A stretch of 62,249 nucleotides of DNA from positions 1 to 62,249 of the forward strand of contig PDIP01000075.1 of the NCBI GenBank assembly GCA_002811645.1, in the 5' to 3' direction. This stretch comes from Corallochytrium limacisporum Hawaii (Eukaryota > Protista > Pluriformea). Shown here piece by piece: positions 22,137 through 33,607 of the stretch. The notes beneath the pieces were generated by a model. The model searched no databases. It saw only the letters and a list, made by a program, of their open reading frames with translations, and was not told the origin of the DNA. Position 1 is the first letter of the stretch, and each line of letters opens with the position of its first letter. The translations under genes and the position numbers were made by a program.

Positions 22137-25100
22137 CCATCCTGGCATCGTTCTCATCAATCTTCAAGAAAAAAAATAAACCATAAACATTCTCTACGCA
22201 TCATAGCCAACATTATATCGTGCTTATGACGATGAGTCCAATCGTTTTCGATCATTGGAAGCACTTGGAAGATTAGCACCAATTTCTCTTTCTTACGTGG
22301 TACATCAGCACAGAGCACCCCTCTGCACCACCATGGAATGAACATTATGGAGTCCCTCAGATTTGGTGCCTTCACGGCCCCGGAGCAGTGCGCATGCAAG
22401 TCATCACATCATTTACTCGCTCCCTTCCGTAGACCCCTGCCAGATCCCGTTCGCCACTGATGGACTACCCGGTGAGACACTTTAAAATAGACTCCCACCG
22501 TCCGAATATATTCCAACTCAACCTGATCTATATCTATATACGGATTGGCTGACCACTCTGGAAGCAAGATGGCTGTTTGCAGAGCTGGGGTGCAGCGGTG
22601 GGATGGGGGGCTCTTTAATTCAATGAAATGATATATGTGTATCTATAAGGGGTTCAGGTATTTTGCTAACATCTGCCAACCGATGCACCCCCTTTGGCAG
22701 CTTGCCGTCCATCTGAGTAAGAAGTGATTGTTGTTCCGCCGAAGTATGCCTGTGGGTCGATCCCAATGTTCAGTTTGAATAAATAGACAAACTTGATAGC
22801 ACGGTCATTGGAACGAAGCCAAGGCCAATCGCTAGTCCCAAGCTGTGGACGGACATTCCGCTAATGCGTCCCTGATTCGTGTGGCTGGTGATGCTTGGGT
22901 GAAGAGATTCATCCCAAAGTAAAGACCGAACTAATTGGACTGCGTTCCCCCATCTGAAGAGTGCAATATTTGTTTGAGCATGTCATTAGCATGCTTGGAA
23001 GACGTTATAACATCATTTGTTCATCATGTGTAGGCGGCGGATCGATGAGGTTTCGCCGAAGACTAGACCAGTTTCTTGTGTGGATTCCCCATCATGACCG
23101 CTGAGAACCGACGATCTGTTTCAAGATGTACTTAGGAGAGCAAGTCAGCGGACAGCATGTGTCAAAGGCAAAGCTGATGATTCAGTTCCCCTCGCACAGC
23201 TCCCCGGGACACCGGAGGGGCTTTCCCCCGGGGGGGGGGCCGTAGTCAAGGCCTCCCCGGCTCGACCATCGCTGCGTGGAGGAGCGCATTGGTAAATAGC
23301 CAGAGGGAGGAAACAGGCCCGGCACTGGAAAGTCGTTTTGTAGGAACCTAGGCCCGGAACTGAAGACTTTGGAATGACCAACCAAATTGTTTACGGCAGT
23401 ACACAGAACTCAGTGGACTCTCCCCCTTTCTCTCCCCGCGTTGGTGTGAAAGCCTCGCGCTCGGTGTTGGGCTATGGTGGATACGGCGGGAGAGAGAACA
23501 CTCAGACCATTTTTGCGCCCGCTTCTTTACCCGCCCACGCACGTACGATCGGTAAACGGAGGCGAACATATACTCAACAGACACCCTACACTGCAGATCC
23601 TCTTCTCGTCTCGTTTGTAGCATATTTTTTCTTTGCAACCTCTGCACATTGTGCAGCTGTGTAGCCCGATGTGAAATCGAACGCTTCTAAGATCTTTTCC
23701 TTCGACGGCACGCAACAGCGATGTGCTGATGAGGCGGAAATCAGCCGGGCATGATCAACACCAAGGCCAGGAGCGCGACAACCGACAGTCACTCATAGCC
23801 CGTACTGGTGGCCTTGGGTTTTCAGCATGCCATGCTGATGAAGTTCATACCTCCGTTAAACCAAATTTCTATATCCGTCCGCTGGACAAAGTCACCGACC
23901 GAAGTTCCATTTTGTGATGGGTGATCGGATCCCCCACTCCCCGGTGTCCTCATGCGTAGTGCAGACTATAGCAAAGTTGAGCTGCTCCGCGTGCACCTCA
24001 CTATGTTCCTGAATCTCCGTGCTCTACTCCGATATCGCACTCGTTCCACAGATGGAGAACCGTCATTATAAGGCCAACGGATCGGTTGGATGACAGAACT
24101 GCTACCGCTGAACCCTACACAGGATCTTTTGAGCGCACACAAGCGAAAGAAACGTCCAGTGTCCGTCCCTCCAAAATCCCCATCCGATTGTTCAAACACT
24201 TGCATCTTCAGTTTCCTTTGCTTCGGCACACTGGTGGACACAAAACTACCTATTCTCTCAGTTTCTTGGGTTTTCTAGTTTGACCTCGGATCCCCAATCT
24301 GTGGCACATGTGCATAGACGGGGTTCTTGGAGCTGCTGTACAACCTTGGATCTCTTACCCGTTAGTCAACGTCACTTCTTCACTACGGTCTGCTGTCCTC
24401 CATTCATTCTCTACTGACTGGAAAAGGGTAAGAGTTCGGGTTAGCGAGCCAAGGACAAATCATCTCCTTCAATCGTCACTCCACCTCCCCTCCCCGCGCA
24501 GGGCAAACTTAAGCAGGTGTCATAGGGACGTACTCATCTCTTCTGCATACTAAATTTATGCATTGGTGGACACTCATTTGGCCGATTTTCCGGTCACGCC
24601 CGAGCACAGAAGGTTAGCAGAGCACCCCGCAGGTCGAGCTTCCGGTGGTCAATCTGATGACCACGGTAGCCAGATCATTCGGTATGGAATTTGGGTGAGA
24701 AACAGATAGCAACGCTGCAAACCGTGCTCGAGCTGCGCAGGCACCAGCTGTTTCCTATCTTGAAATACTCAGATGCCCATTCCAGTGGTAAGCCGAGAAC
24801 TGGGATATGTGAGTAGTTTCAGTAGGAGGAGATTCACCAAACGCTGCCTTCTATCCGTGTTTTCTTTTTCTTTTGCTATTCTTTGTTGCCTACTCCTCCG
24901 AATATGTGGAAGGAGAGGATGAGATTTGTGCACATGTACAAATATTTCTACGATGTGTGAGCCTGGACCTTCTTTTCCCCCTCCCCTTCCCCCAACTTTT
25001 CTCTCTATTGGTGCCCTGACGTCCTACTGCCACTGCTTCGGATCTCGGGTCCGTCCGTGGGCCCGGCACACGCCTAACACGCTGTGCATACCCGTCTCGT

Positions 25101-25961
25101 TCCCGCTGAATCTGTACAGTCACGTCTGCGCTTGGCGTTTTCGATTCCGTCTCTCTTGGCAAGCGAGGGAAATCGTTGTCAAGCTTTCGCTGCGTTGAAC
25201 ACCAGGGATACAAACCTGACGTTCTCGTATTATTTCTTTGCCCTCTCCGCGACTGTCTCAGTACCCAATGAACACGGCCTTTTTGGTTTGGCACTCCCCC
25301 AGTTCGCTCGTCCTCGTCTGTGGTAAGAGTCATCGGTGCATGTTTCGCCTTTGAAGGGGACGCTCCCTTTAGCTTTGCCGATCGCGTACGCAGCGCAGCT
25401 CCTTCCTCTCGCGATTTTTTAGGTACGCTCAGTCTCTCTACTGGTTTGGGCCTGTTTGGTTTTTTTATGAACATTTGTCTCTTCTAGCCCCTTTTTCTTT
25501 CTCTACGGTGGCCAGTTTTACTCCTCACCCGCCACAAGACCCGGGGCACTTTGTCTCTCTTTCTCTACTTTTCTTTTGGTCTCTGTTCTATTTCCCGGCC
25601 TGTGGTTCTGTTTTCGATTTTGTTTCGATTGACACTTTTTCTCGGGGTGTTCCATCCACCCCCACCCCTCCCCCTGATTTTGCCCAGCGATAAAATATCC
25701 TAGAGAAAACACCAGGAAAACGTACCCAATACTGGAGCGAAAGAAATTCTAAAAAAAAAAACGGGAGATCAGAATCCATCGATGGACTTTTGTTCATTGC
25801 CGCCTCACCAGTCGTACCTGTCACAAGGAACAAGGCTTCCATAGTTTCCCGTACTACTAAGAAACCACTGGAACGTAGGAGGATATTGGTGTTGGTGTGT
25901 GTAGAGGGGAGACGGGGGGAGGGGGGGGGGTGGGAAGAATTGCATGGGGTGTTGAGAGAGG

Positions 25962-26148
25962 NNNNNNNNNNNNNNNNNNNNNNNNNNNNNNNNNNNNNNN
26001 NNNNNNNNNNNNNNNNNNNNNNNNNNNNNNNNNNNNNNNNNNNNNNNNNNNNNNNNNNNNNNNNNNNNNNNNNNNNNNNNNNNNNNNNNNNNNNNNNNNN
26101 NNNNNNNNNNNNNNNNNNNNNNNNNNNNNNNNNNNNNNNNNNNNNNNN
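25962..26148. other. Assembly gap (N), probably a false gap between overlapping contig ends
   Basis: gggaagaattgcatggggtgttgagagagg occurs on both sides, each time next to a poly-G run. Confidence 0.9.
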
Positions 26149-26921
26149 GGGAGGGGGGGGGGGGGGAAGAATTGCATGGGGTGTTGAGAGAGGGAGAGAG
26201 AGAGAGCAAGAAAGAAACCGGGGTTGCTGATCACCGTACTGGGCAGGCTATTGTGTGGCAGAGTGTGCACAGCGAGAGGGGAGAGGAGCTACCGAAGAAG
26301 GGAATGCAAAATAGATGAGCTAGGAAATTACTCAGTCAAACGACTAAACCCAGAAGGAATCCAAATAAAAAGTAAAGAAAAAGACGAAAGTAAGCAATTT
26401 TCACTATTAACGCACTCTTAGACTGTGAATGTACGGACGGCACCAAAGGAGAGAGGATAAAAAGAAACTATAAAGAATCGACGTTCACCGCCACTTTGAC
26501 AGTCAAGGTTGATGATTTTCTGTCCCAGTAGAAAATTCCGCGTTTTAATGCAAAGTCCAAAAAAAAAAGAAAAGATCAGCAATTATTCTGAGGTTGGGGG
26601 AGAGATGCCACCGCAACAAAAAATAGCGCGAGTGAGCAACAAATCCTTTATATTTTCCAGGGACTCTATTGGGCTCTCGGTTCCTCTTAGGTGTATATAC
26701 CTCGGGGCTTGTTACCCCACTCCAGCGTAGTTATGGTCGGTACAAACGATGCCCCCCCTCCTCACCAGAAAAGAACAAGCATGATACAAAGAAACGCAGT
26801 TCTCAGGCCACGCATGAAACAAAACCCCCCCTTGGTAGACAGCGTGCGTTTAGAATTTTTTGTTTCAGTTTCTCTGGTGTCCTCGCCCTTCCCTGTCCCT
26901 CTCTCTCCCTTTGTCTCTCCC

Positions 26922-26924
<3 letters not shown>

Positions 26925-26986
<62 letters not shown>
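26925..26986. repeat. (CT)31 microsatellite
   Basis: Read directly from the sequence. Confidence 0.95.
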
Positions 26987-26992
<6 letters not shown>

Positions 26993-29075
26993 GTCTCTCT
27001 CGCGTGCCCATTGTTAATCACCCATGCTTCATGGCATGATTTTTCTTCCTTGGGTCTCTACCAAACCGTTCGGGTTATGTTCTCCCTTGTGCCATCCGCG
27101 AAACCCATGCTTTCCTTCTCGGCTTCGGCCGGCATTATGTCGGGCAATGCGAAAGCCACTACCGAACACCCCCACTCACCTCCTCCTCCCCTTCCCCCCG
27201 CCCCCTGTCTCCTTTTGGGTGTATTAAATTCAAGGCATGGCCAAGGGTGGTACATGTGTCGCGCGCCGTTCCGTGAGGGCAGGCGAGATTGTCCAAGCAT
27301 TTTTTTCCATTTGGTGATTTTTGTCTTTTGTCTTGCGTTTTTCCATTGGTCCACCGACTCCAGCACCCAACTCTCAGGTCTTCTCATCCCGCCTTTTTAT
27401 ATCGTAATGGACTGTCCGTGACAGCTTCTTTTCCGTGCACCGCTCGCCGCGCGACATGAAGACCCCGGAGAACCCAAGGATTTCGGAGAGCAGGACACAA
27501 TAAAAAAAGGGGGGACGGGAGAAGCGATTGGGACACGGACGCGGTGGTTTCCCTTCCTTCCCTCGTGTCCCCGACGCCTAATTTCCACAGTGCACACTTG
27601 GCATGAGATCAAAACCCAATCAACCAACCAATTCCTTTTCACGGGGAAGGGAAGCAACATCCATGCCCCCCTCCCCCCCCCCGCGGCTCCCCTCCGTAGT
27701 CCCTGGTATTGTTTGCTCCTCCTCTGGTCGCCATCGATAATATTCAATCCGTAGCCGTCCCGGTCCCCCCCCCCTTTTCTTCCGTCTTGGCGCTCGTCAA
27801 TTGAATATTATATAGGAAATATAGGAATACATTTCGCAGATATCGAGGAATTCGTGATTCTGAGAGATCTACGGGTGTGTGGGCTGTTGCAAATGAGCTG
27901 GTTCTGGACCCTTCTTGTCCACCGCTGTCTCCACGCTCCCCGCAGGCGCACATTCTCTCCCCAGCCGTTCACTTTGGTTTTCTTTCCACTGTTTCACCAT
28001 TGTAGAGAATCACGCGTGCGGCTAGCGTTCCCTTTTCATGAATAGGGGGAACGTTATGACGCATGCTCACCGGTGGCGGGAAACGCTGGGACCGCGAGCG
28101 AGTGATGCTGCGGTGTACGGTTTGTCTGAGAGACCCAGGAGCAGAAGGGAAAGAAAAAGAGAGTGGGGGGCATGTGCGCGGATCTATAGATTATGAACCG
28201 ACTATTTTGCTCCGGGAATTAAAAGGGAGGGAAAAAAAGACGAAGAGAGAGAGAGCGCCGGGAGAGGCCCAGCCGGGAGGGGGGGGAAGGGAGGAGGTTG
28301 GTTGGAGGGGGGGAGGGGGGACACAGAGACACAGAGAGAGAGAGAGAGAGAGAGAGAAGGATGGGTCCACGGCAGGGAAGAATACAAGGGAAAGCGGCAA
28401 GGGGCCCGAGAAGTAATAGGCTTTAATCAGGATCGCTGACTTCTTTTCGTTTTAAAACAAGAACACCCAGGGGAGAAGGCCACGCCCACGGGGATCCCTG
28501 GTTTTTTTTTTGCTCGGTTTCACCGCTCGGCACGGATACTGTACAATCTTGCCGGTATGTTTTGTACTGAATTTGCTGTGTCAATCAGAAAGAAGGGACA
28601 TGAAAGCGAGGAGGAAGTTTCCACCCTCGAGGACTCGGCAGCGTGTCAGAGTTGTCTAGGGGCCTTTTCCTCCGTTTCATGCGACCGTTTTGTGTCGATG
28701 CGCACACACAACCATTTGTAGTGGGAAGACGTGCTTGTTGAGTGCGATGGGTGCGGACATCGCCATTTTGCTTCATTTCTTCTGCTTCGGAATGCGTACA
28801 ATGAACAGCGGAGTGGGTGCATGTGTGAAAGTCTCACTCTCGTTGGGACGGTGATCAGAAAGGTATGAAAGGTGACCAGGGAAAAAGGATTGCGGTGTGG
28901 GGTGCATAAGGAAGAATAGCAAGTCCGCCTTATTTGTCAACGTATATAGGATTCGGATTCCTGGAACAGTTGGCAGATCACCGGTGCAAAAATATTTATT
29001 GAGGTTTAATCTCGTAGAAAGGAACGAGGAAATAGTTCGCTCGTGGACCAGCGAAATCGATTCACAAGGAAAATA

Positions 29076-29726
29076 ATGGTGAATGCACAGGACCCCACTC
29101 CGGAAGTACCCTACGGTCTGACCGAAGAGGTCATTTGCACTGTCGAGACGTCTTGGACAAAGGTAAACCACTTGGGATTGTCGGCTGTCGGTATTCTGTT
29201 CTTCCAGAATATCTTTGAGGCTGATCCATCCCTGCTGGCCCTCTTCCCCTTCAAAGATGACCCCGATATGTACAACTCTTCAAAGTTTTTGCGTCATTGC
29301 ACCACAGTTATGAGTACTGTTGGTGTGGCTGTGGGACAGCTGCGTCAGCTTCAAGACTTGGCCCCAGTTTTGCAAGCCCTGGGAGCACGGCACGTTGGTT
29401 ACGGTGTTGAGGATCATTTCTATGACACTGTTGGAGGTGCTCTGCTCAAAACGCTCAAGGTCGGCCTCAAGCAGGACTGGACTCCTGAGGTCGAACACGC
29501 CTGGATCTGCACGTGGACTGCTGTGCATGACCAATGCATGATTGGTGCACGGTCTGTGGCACCCCGCTCTGATGATGACATGAAGACATCTGATCCTCCT
29601 AGCACCTATGGCAATGGAGAAACAGAGGTCGATACATGCCCAAGTGACAAGCAGCGTGTCTACGAAGGTCAAGAAGAGGAAGGAGGGAAAAAAGGATCTT
29701 GTTTGCCTTGCTGCAAGAGCCAGTAA
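29076..29726 (+). CDS. Single-domain globin, neuroglobin-like, with a C-terminal extension ending in a Cys-cluster/CaaX motif (globin 2)
   Basis: Same fold motifs (SW, LFPF, LRHC, LGARH, GGALLKTL, WTPEVEHAW). Shares FKD.PDMYNS.KF and TVGVAV with globin 1. Ends KKGSCLPCCKSQ*. ATG at 29076. Confidence 0.95.
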   Translation: MVNAQDPTPEVPYGLTEEVICTVETSWTKVNHLGLSAVGILFFQNIFEADPSLLALFPFKDDPDMYNSSKFLRHCTTVMSTVGVAVGQLRQLQDLAPVLQALGARHVGYGVEDHFYDTVGGALLKTLKVGLKQDWTPEVEHAWICTWTAVHDQCMIGARSVAPRSDDDMKTSDPPSTYGNGETEVDTCPSDKQRVYEGQEEEGGKKGSCLPCCKSQ

Positions 29727-30222
29727 ACTGGACATTTTTGCTACGCTCGCAAAGAAACCAATTCTCGCTTAAAGAACGCAGCATCAGAAGACAGCTCACA
29801 CCAAAGCCCCGTAGCAACAGGACGTTTCGGTCGTTATCATCGGACCATCTTGTATGTTCATCGGACCATCTTGTATGATCCTTTCTTCCAAATGTACACT
29901 AAAGAATCCATCAAGCATGTCATGTGGGTCATAGCACCTGCCATCAAATTTTGACACACATCGTAAGTCTAATAAACTGTACCATCATGAATATCGTATT
30001 CCACAAATTACTACACAAGCGTCTTGGTGAATGTATCGCTTCTACTGCTGAGATAACAGTGCGAGGACAACTTTGACCAGGAGCAAACAGCATACATGTC
30101 ACAGCTATGAATATCAAAACACCCTAGAAAAATAGGGCCGTTTGTATTGATTTATGGTCGTTTAGTATGTATGACAAGATCTAGATCTAATAATATGGCT
30201 CCATACGCCTGCATCAAACCCC

Positions 30223-30694
30223 TCAGTCCTTACGGCGCTTGTTCAGGGCCATGACGTAGTATCCGTAGAAAGTACCGACAGTAATCACAGCAGTGAAACC
30301 GAAAAGGAAGTTGGAAATCATACCGTCGTTCTTGCCCAAGAGGTAGACGGGGGTGCCGCCCTTGCTGGCTTTGGCCTGTAGATGTGAAATCATTGGAGTA
30401 CAAAAAAACGCTGTTAGTATAAACAATTCCCTGCATGTAACAACTAGTTGGCGATCTCATAATGATAAGTTCAGAAGCATTGGCTCCGGTCAAGAATCCA
30501 TGCCCTCGTCGGATGCATCTGTGGTTGGCCAACGCGTAAACAACTTCAGACCTTTTCAAGCCCTGTGCTGTTCACTCCAAACTTGGACAAAAATTATGGT
30601 CTCCCGTGATCTATAATGTCAAAATACTTACCAGTTCGCGGGCAATCTGAGGCACCTTGTTAGGCGCATTGGTGTAGTGGTTCAGGATACCCAT
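30223..30694 (-). CDS. COX7A: Cytochrome c oxidase subunit 7A-like; two exons (30694-30632, 30375-30223)
   Basis: Spliced product MGILNHYTNAPNKVPQIAREL|AKASKGGTPVYLLGKND-TM-NKRRKD has the NKVP..PVYL..D plus TM pattern. The phase-0 intron has a GTAAGT donor, TACTAAC branch and CAG acceptor. Not recovered intact by the ORF track. Confidence 0.8.
30376..30631 (-). other. Spliceosomal intron (256 nt)
   Basis: GTAAGT at 30631-30626, TACTAAC at 30419-30413, a T-tract, and CAG ending at 30376. Confidence 0.85.
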
Positions 30695-31679
30695 ATTGAA
30701 CAGATTCTTGAACATCACGCAAACAAGAAATGTATTGCACAACCACATAGATTTCTACACTCGCATAAGTGCAAAACCCTTAATAGCTTTTATGTGAGCT
30801 AATATAGTTACTCCACAATAATAGTACCATATCATTGACAACACAGCCATGACATCAGTGCTCTAGGGAATAGCCACAAATTTGTAGACAGCAAATTAGT
30901 ACGGCGATCCCAAACGTTATAGTGCCAATGGCTCCACTCTGGCACTTGCCCAACAATATGCGAACGGCGACCCGGTACTTTCGCTATAGAACCTCCCACC
31001 CACCACACAGGACATGGGAACGAGGATTTGTTTATCGCGCTGGGTTGTCAATAGTTCCACTATTGCAAGAACTGTTTCAAGCCAGTTTGCCTCCCGAAAA
31101 TTAGCCCGCACTTGCCACACACAGGGGGTCTTGGGTACTTTCACGCCCCAGTGTACTCCACTTGCTCCACACCGGCCCCCACCCCACTTTCTCTATGGTG
31201 GCTTCCACACACATACGGACTTTCTATCAGAGCAACTCCCTTAGTATTTCGTAATTGAATCAAAGAGTCGTAGATTTTGTGAACGAGCGGCGCGGCCTCT
31301 CGCTGTTTTCCAACCTCTGGCCTTGGGGTATGGGGCTGGCTGCGTTCGGATCACCAAGGGTATTGAGCGCCCGGGCATACCCTGCAATGTGTTGGCTGTG
31401 CGCACAAAGGCGGGTCCGTGGATGCATGATAATCACACTCTTTCGTTCCAGTTTTTGTTCTCTCGACCATGTTGTGTCTGAAGTTCTTTGTAAAAAGGTA
31501 CTTTGAAAAACCTCTGCCTCTGAATTGTTCCCTTGAGAATAAACAAGATATGCTGGTGATCCAAATGTAATTTACGTAGTCACGGTGATATTATAACTCT
31601 CCCTGTTCGGAAACAGATCAGTTAGGCATAGTTAGAGCAGTTTTACACAAATCAATTCAAGATTACGAATACTACTAGA

Positions 31680-32537
31680 ATGAGCAGTTTGTCGACTGCT
31701 GCCGGAGCGGCCTCTAGCTCCTCTGGTGCAGTCAAGAAGACTATCTCCCATAGCGATTGGCAAAAGCTGCAAAGTCAGTATGTATTTCCCAAGCGTGATC
31801 TCAACAAATTGGTAATGAATTACCTTGTACTTGAGGGCTATAAGGAAGCGGCGGAGAAATTCGTATCCGAGACTGGACAGCAACCGAACATGGACCTCTC
31901 TTCCATTGAGGACCGCATGAAGATTCGGGCTGCAATTCAACAGGGTAAGATCTCCGAGGCCGTTGAGCTCGTCAATGATTTAGACCCAGAGATTCTTGAC
32001 ATGGATGATCACCTATTCTTCCAATTGCAGACTCAAAAAGTGATCGAAATGCTAAGGGTTGGTGACATTGAGCAGGCGATCGAGTTTGCGCAAGAGGAAC
32101 TAGCTCCACGGGCAGAGGAGAACCCGGCCTTTCTGGTCGAACTGGAGAAGACTATGGCCCTCTTAGCGTTTGAGACGAATCAGGATTCACCTGTGAGCTA
32201 CCTTCTTGACATTGCGCAGCGCCAAAAGGTCGCTTCTGAACTGAACGCCGCTATTCTCTCTGCGCAATCGCTAGAAAAGGATCCGAAGCTGCCGTTCCTA
32301 CTCAAGGCGGTGATGTGGTCACAGAATTTGCTTGCCGAAAAGGTTAACTATCCACGCATGACGGATCTCGTGCATACAAAGTATGCCTTCAGCGACAAGC
32401 CTGGAAGTTCTGCTCCTGGAAGTACGAGCGCAAGCGCAGAAAAAGTGACTCCACAGCGGACAGCCTCCGGATCGCAGCCCATGGATCAGGATCCACCCTC
32501 CTCCACGCAGCTCGGGTCATCTTCTATGACCCAGTAA
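31680..32537 (+). CDS. GID8: GID8/TWA1 subunit of the CTLH/GID E3 complex
   Basis: LisH (DLNKLVMNYLVLEGYKEAAEKF), CTLH (RMKIRAAIQQG..DPEILD) and CRA (FAQEELAP..LEKTMALLAF..QRQKVASELNAAIL). Confidence 0.95.
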   Translation: MSSLSTAAGAASSSSGAVKKTISHSDWQKLQSQYVFPKRDLNKLVMNYLVLEGYKEAAEKFVSETGQQPNMDLSSIEDRMKIRAAIQQGKISEAVELVNDLDPEILDMDDHLFFQLQTQKVIEMLRVGDIEQAIEFAQEELAPRAEENPAFLVELEKTMALLAFETNQDSPVSYLLDIAQRQKVASELNAAILSAQSLEKDPKLPFLLKAVMWSQNLLAEKVNYPRMTDLVHTKYAFSDKPGSSAPGSTSASAEKVTPQRTASGSQPMDQDPPSSTQLGSSSMTQ

Positions 32538-32660
32538 AGACAACGCTTCAGCGATGGCATAAAAAACACTTAGCATTCTTAAGCTGTGAGGCGGTTAAAA
32601 ATATTCGAAGGCAAAACTAGTGTATGAATGGTGAATGATTTTTGATGTACAAGAGGTTCT

Positions 32661-33104
32661 TTATGTCTGACGCAAATCCATGCTGAATTCAGGAATTTTA
32701 ACAGTCATGCCCTCCAGATCCTTACTAACTTTAATCTGGCATCCAAGGCGGCTGGTTTCGGTGAGTCCGTACGCGAGGTCAAGCATATCTAGCTCTTCGT
32801 CCTCGGGCTCCTCGAGTTTGTCAAAGACCTCTTGCTCTAGGATCACGTGACAAGTGCTGCAGGCCAGGGTTCCGTCACAAGCTCCTTCAAGGTCCAAACC
32901 GTTGGCATGTGCCACTTCCAGCAGAGTGTCACCCTCATCAGCCTCTACAACGACGTGGTCTCCGTCTTGGTCGATCCAATTAACCTTGACTTTGTCTGCA
33001 AGGGCCTTGGAACCCGCAGAGAAGGCCCGTGATCCACTAGCAAGACTGGTCTGAGAATGCAGCCCACGGAAGACAGTCCGCGATACGTTCTGTAATAAAC
33101 TCAT
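32661..33104 (-). CDS. Mitochondrial adrenodoxin-type [2Fe-2S] ferredoxin (FDX/Yah1)
   Basis: EGACDGTLACSTCHV, DMLDLAYGLTETSRLGCQI and an Arg/Ser-rich N-terminal presequence. Confidence 0.96.
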   Translation of the reverse strand: MSLLQNVSRTVFRGLHSQTSLASGSRAFSAGSKALADKVKVNWIDQDGDHVVVEADEGDTLLEVAHANGLDLEGACDGTLACSTCHVILEQEVFDKLEEPEDEELDMLDLAYGLTETSRLGCQIKVSKDLEGMTVKIPEFSMDLRQT

Positions 33105-33607
33105 GGTTAACTCGGTCTATGAGAATTTTGTGAGTGTTGCTAACGACGTCTCCCACGCTCTCCTTGGCTTCCTGTTCTCACTTCCCGCCGTGGAATGACC
33201 AATTGGCTCTGTTTCTCTTGCATGTGCTTGAGATTACGTAGCAAACCTTTGATAATGACCTATATATAGCTAGCGCACCACACAACACCGGAAATTTGCG
33301 AACGGATAAGAAAGTGACTCGAACAGACCCGCCGCCCTGGCGAAACCGCTGCAGTCACGCGGCATCTGAACCCGCTCCCCCTCTCAACTTTGTTCGCTTT
33401 CGTCAGCAACCGTACCACTGGTACCGCTCTGCATTGGTGGTTTATGGTGGGCGGGACAGAGGGTAATTTCAAAGCCCTCCGGATGATATTCAGTAATTAT
33501 TTCCGTGTACATTACATGTAGTCAGTATATTTACTTTCTTTGTTTCACTGCTATTGTGAGAACAGAGAGATGCCGGCTACTCCACTGAGGCGTCTGCTAC
33601 TGATTGT

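Noticed and set aside
23720-24670. CTGATGA hammerhead-like cores (~23726, ~23836, ~24654)
   Set aside because: None is followed by a stem II plus GAAA arrangement.
25917-26193. Direct repeat flanking the N gap, possibly a target-site duplication or LTR
   Set aside because: Best explained as overlapping contig ends that were not merged at a poly-G tract.
30624-30632. ATACTTACC resembling the 5' end of U1 snRNA
   Set aside because: It is the reverse complement of the COX7A splice donor; the downstream sequence is exon 1, not U1 stem-loops.
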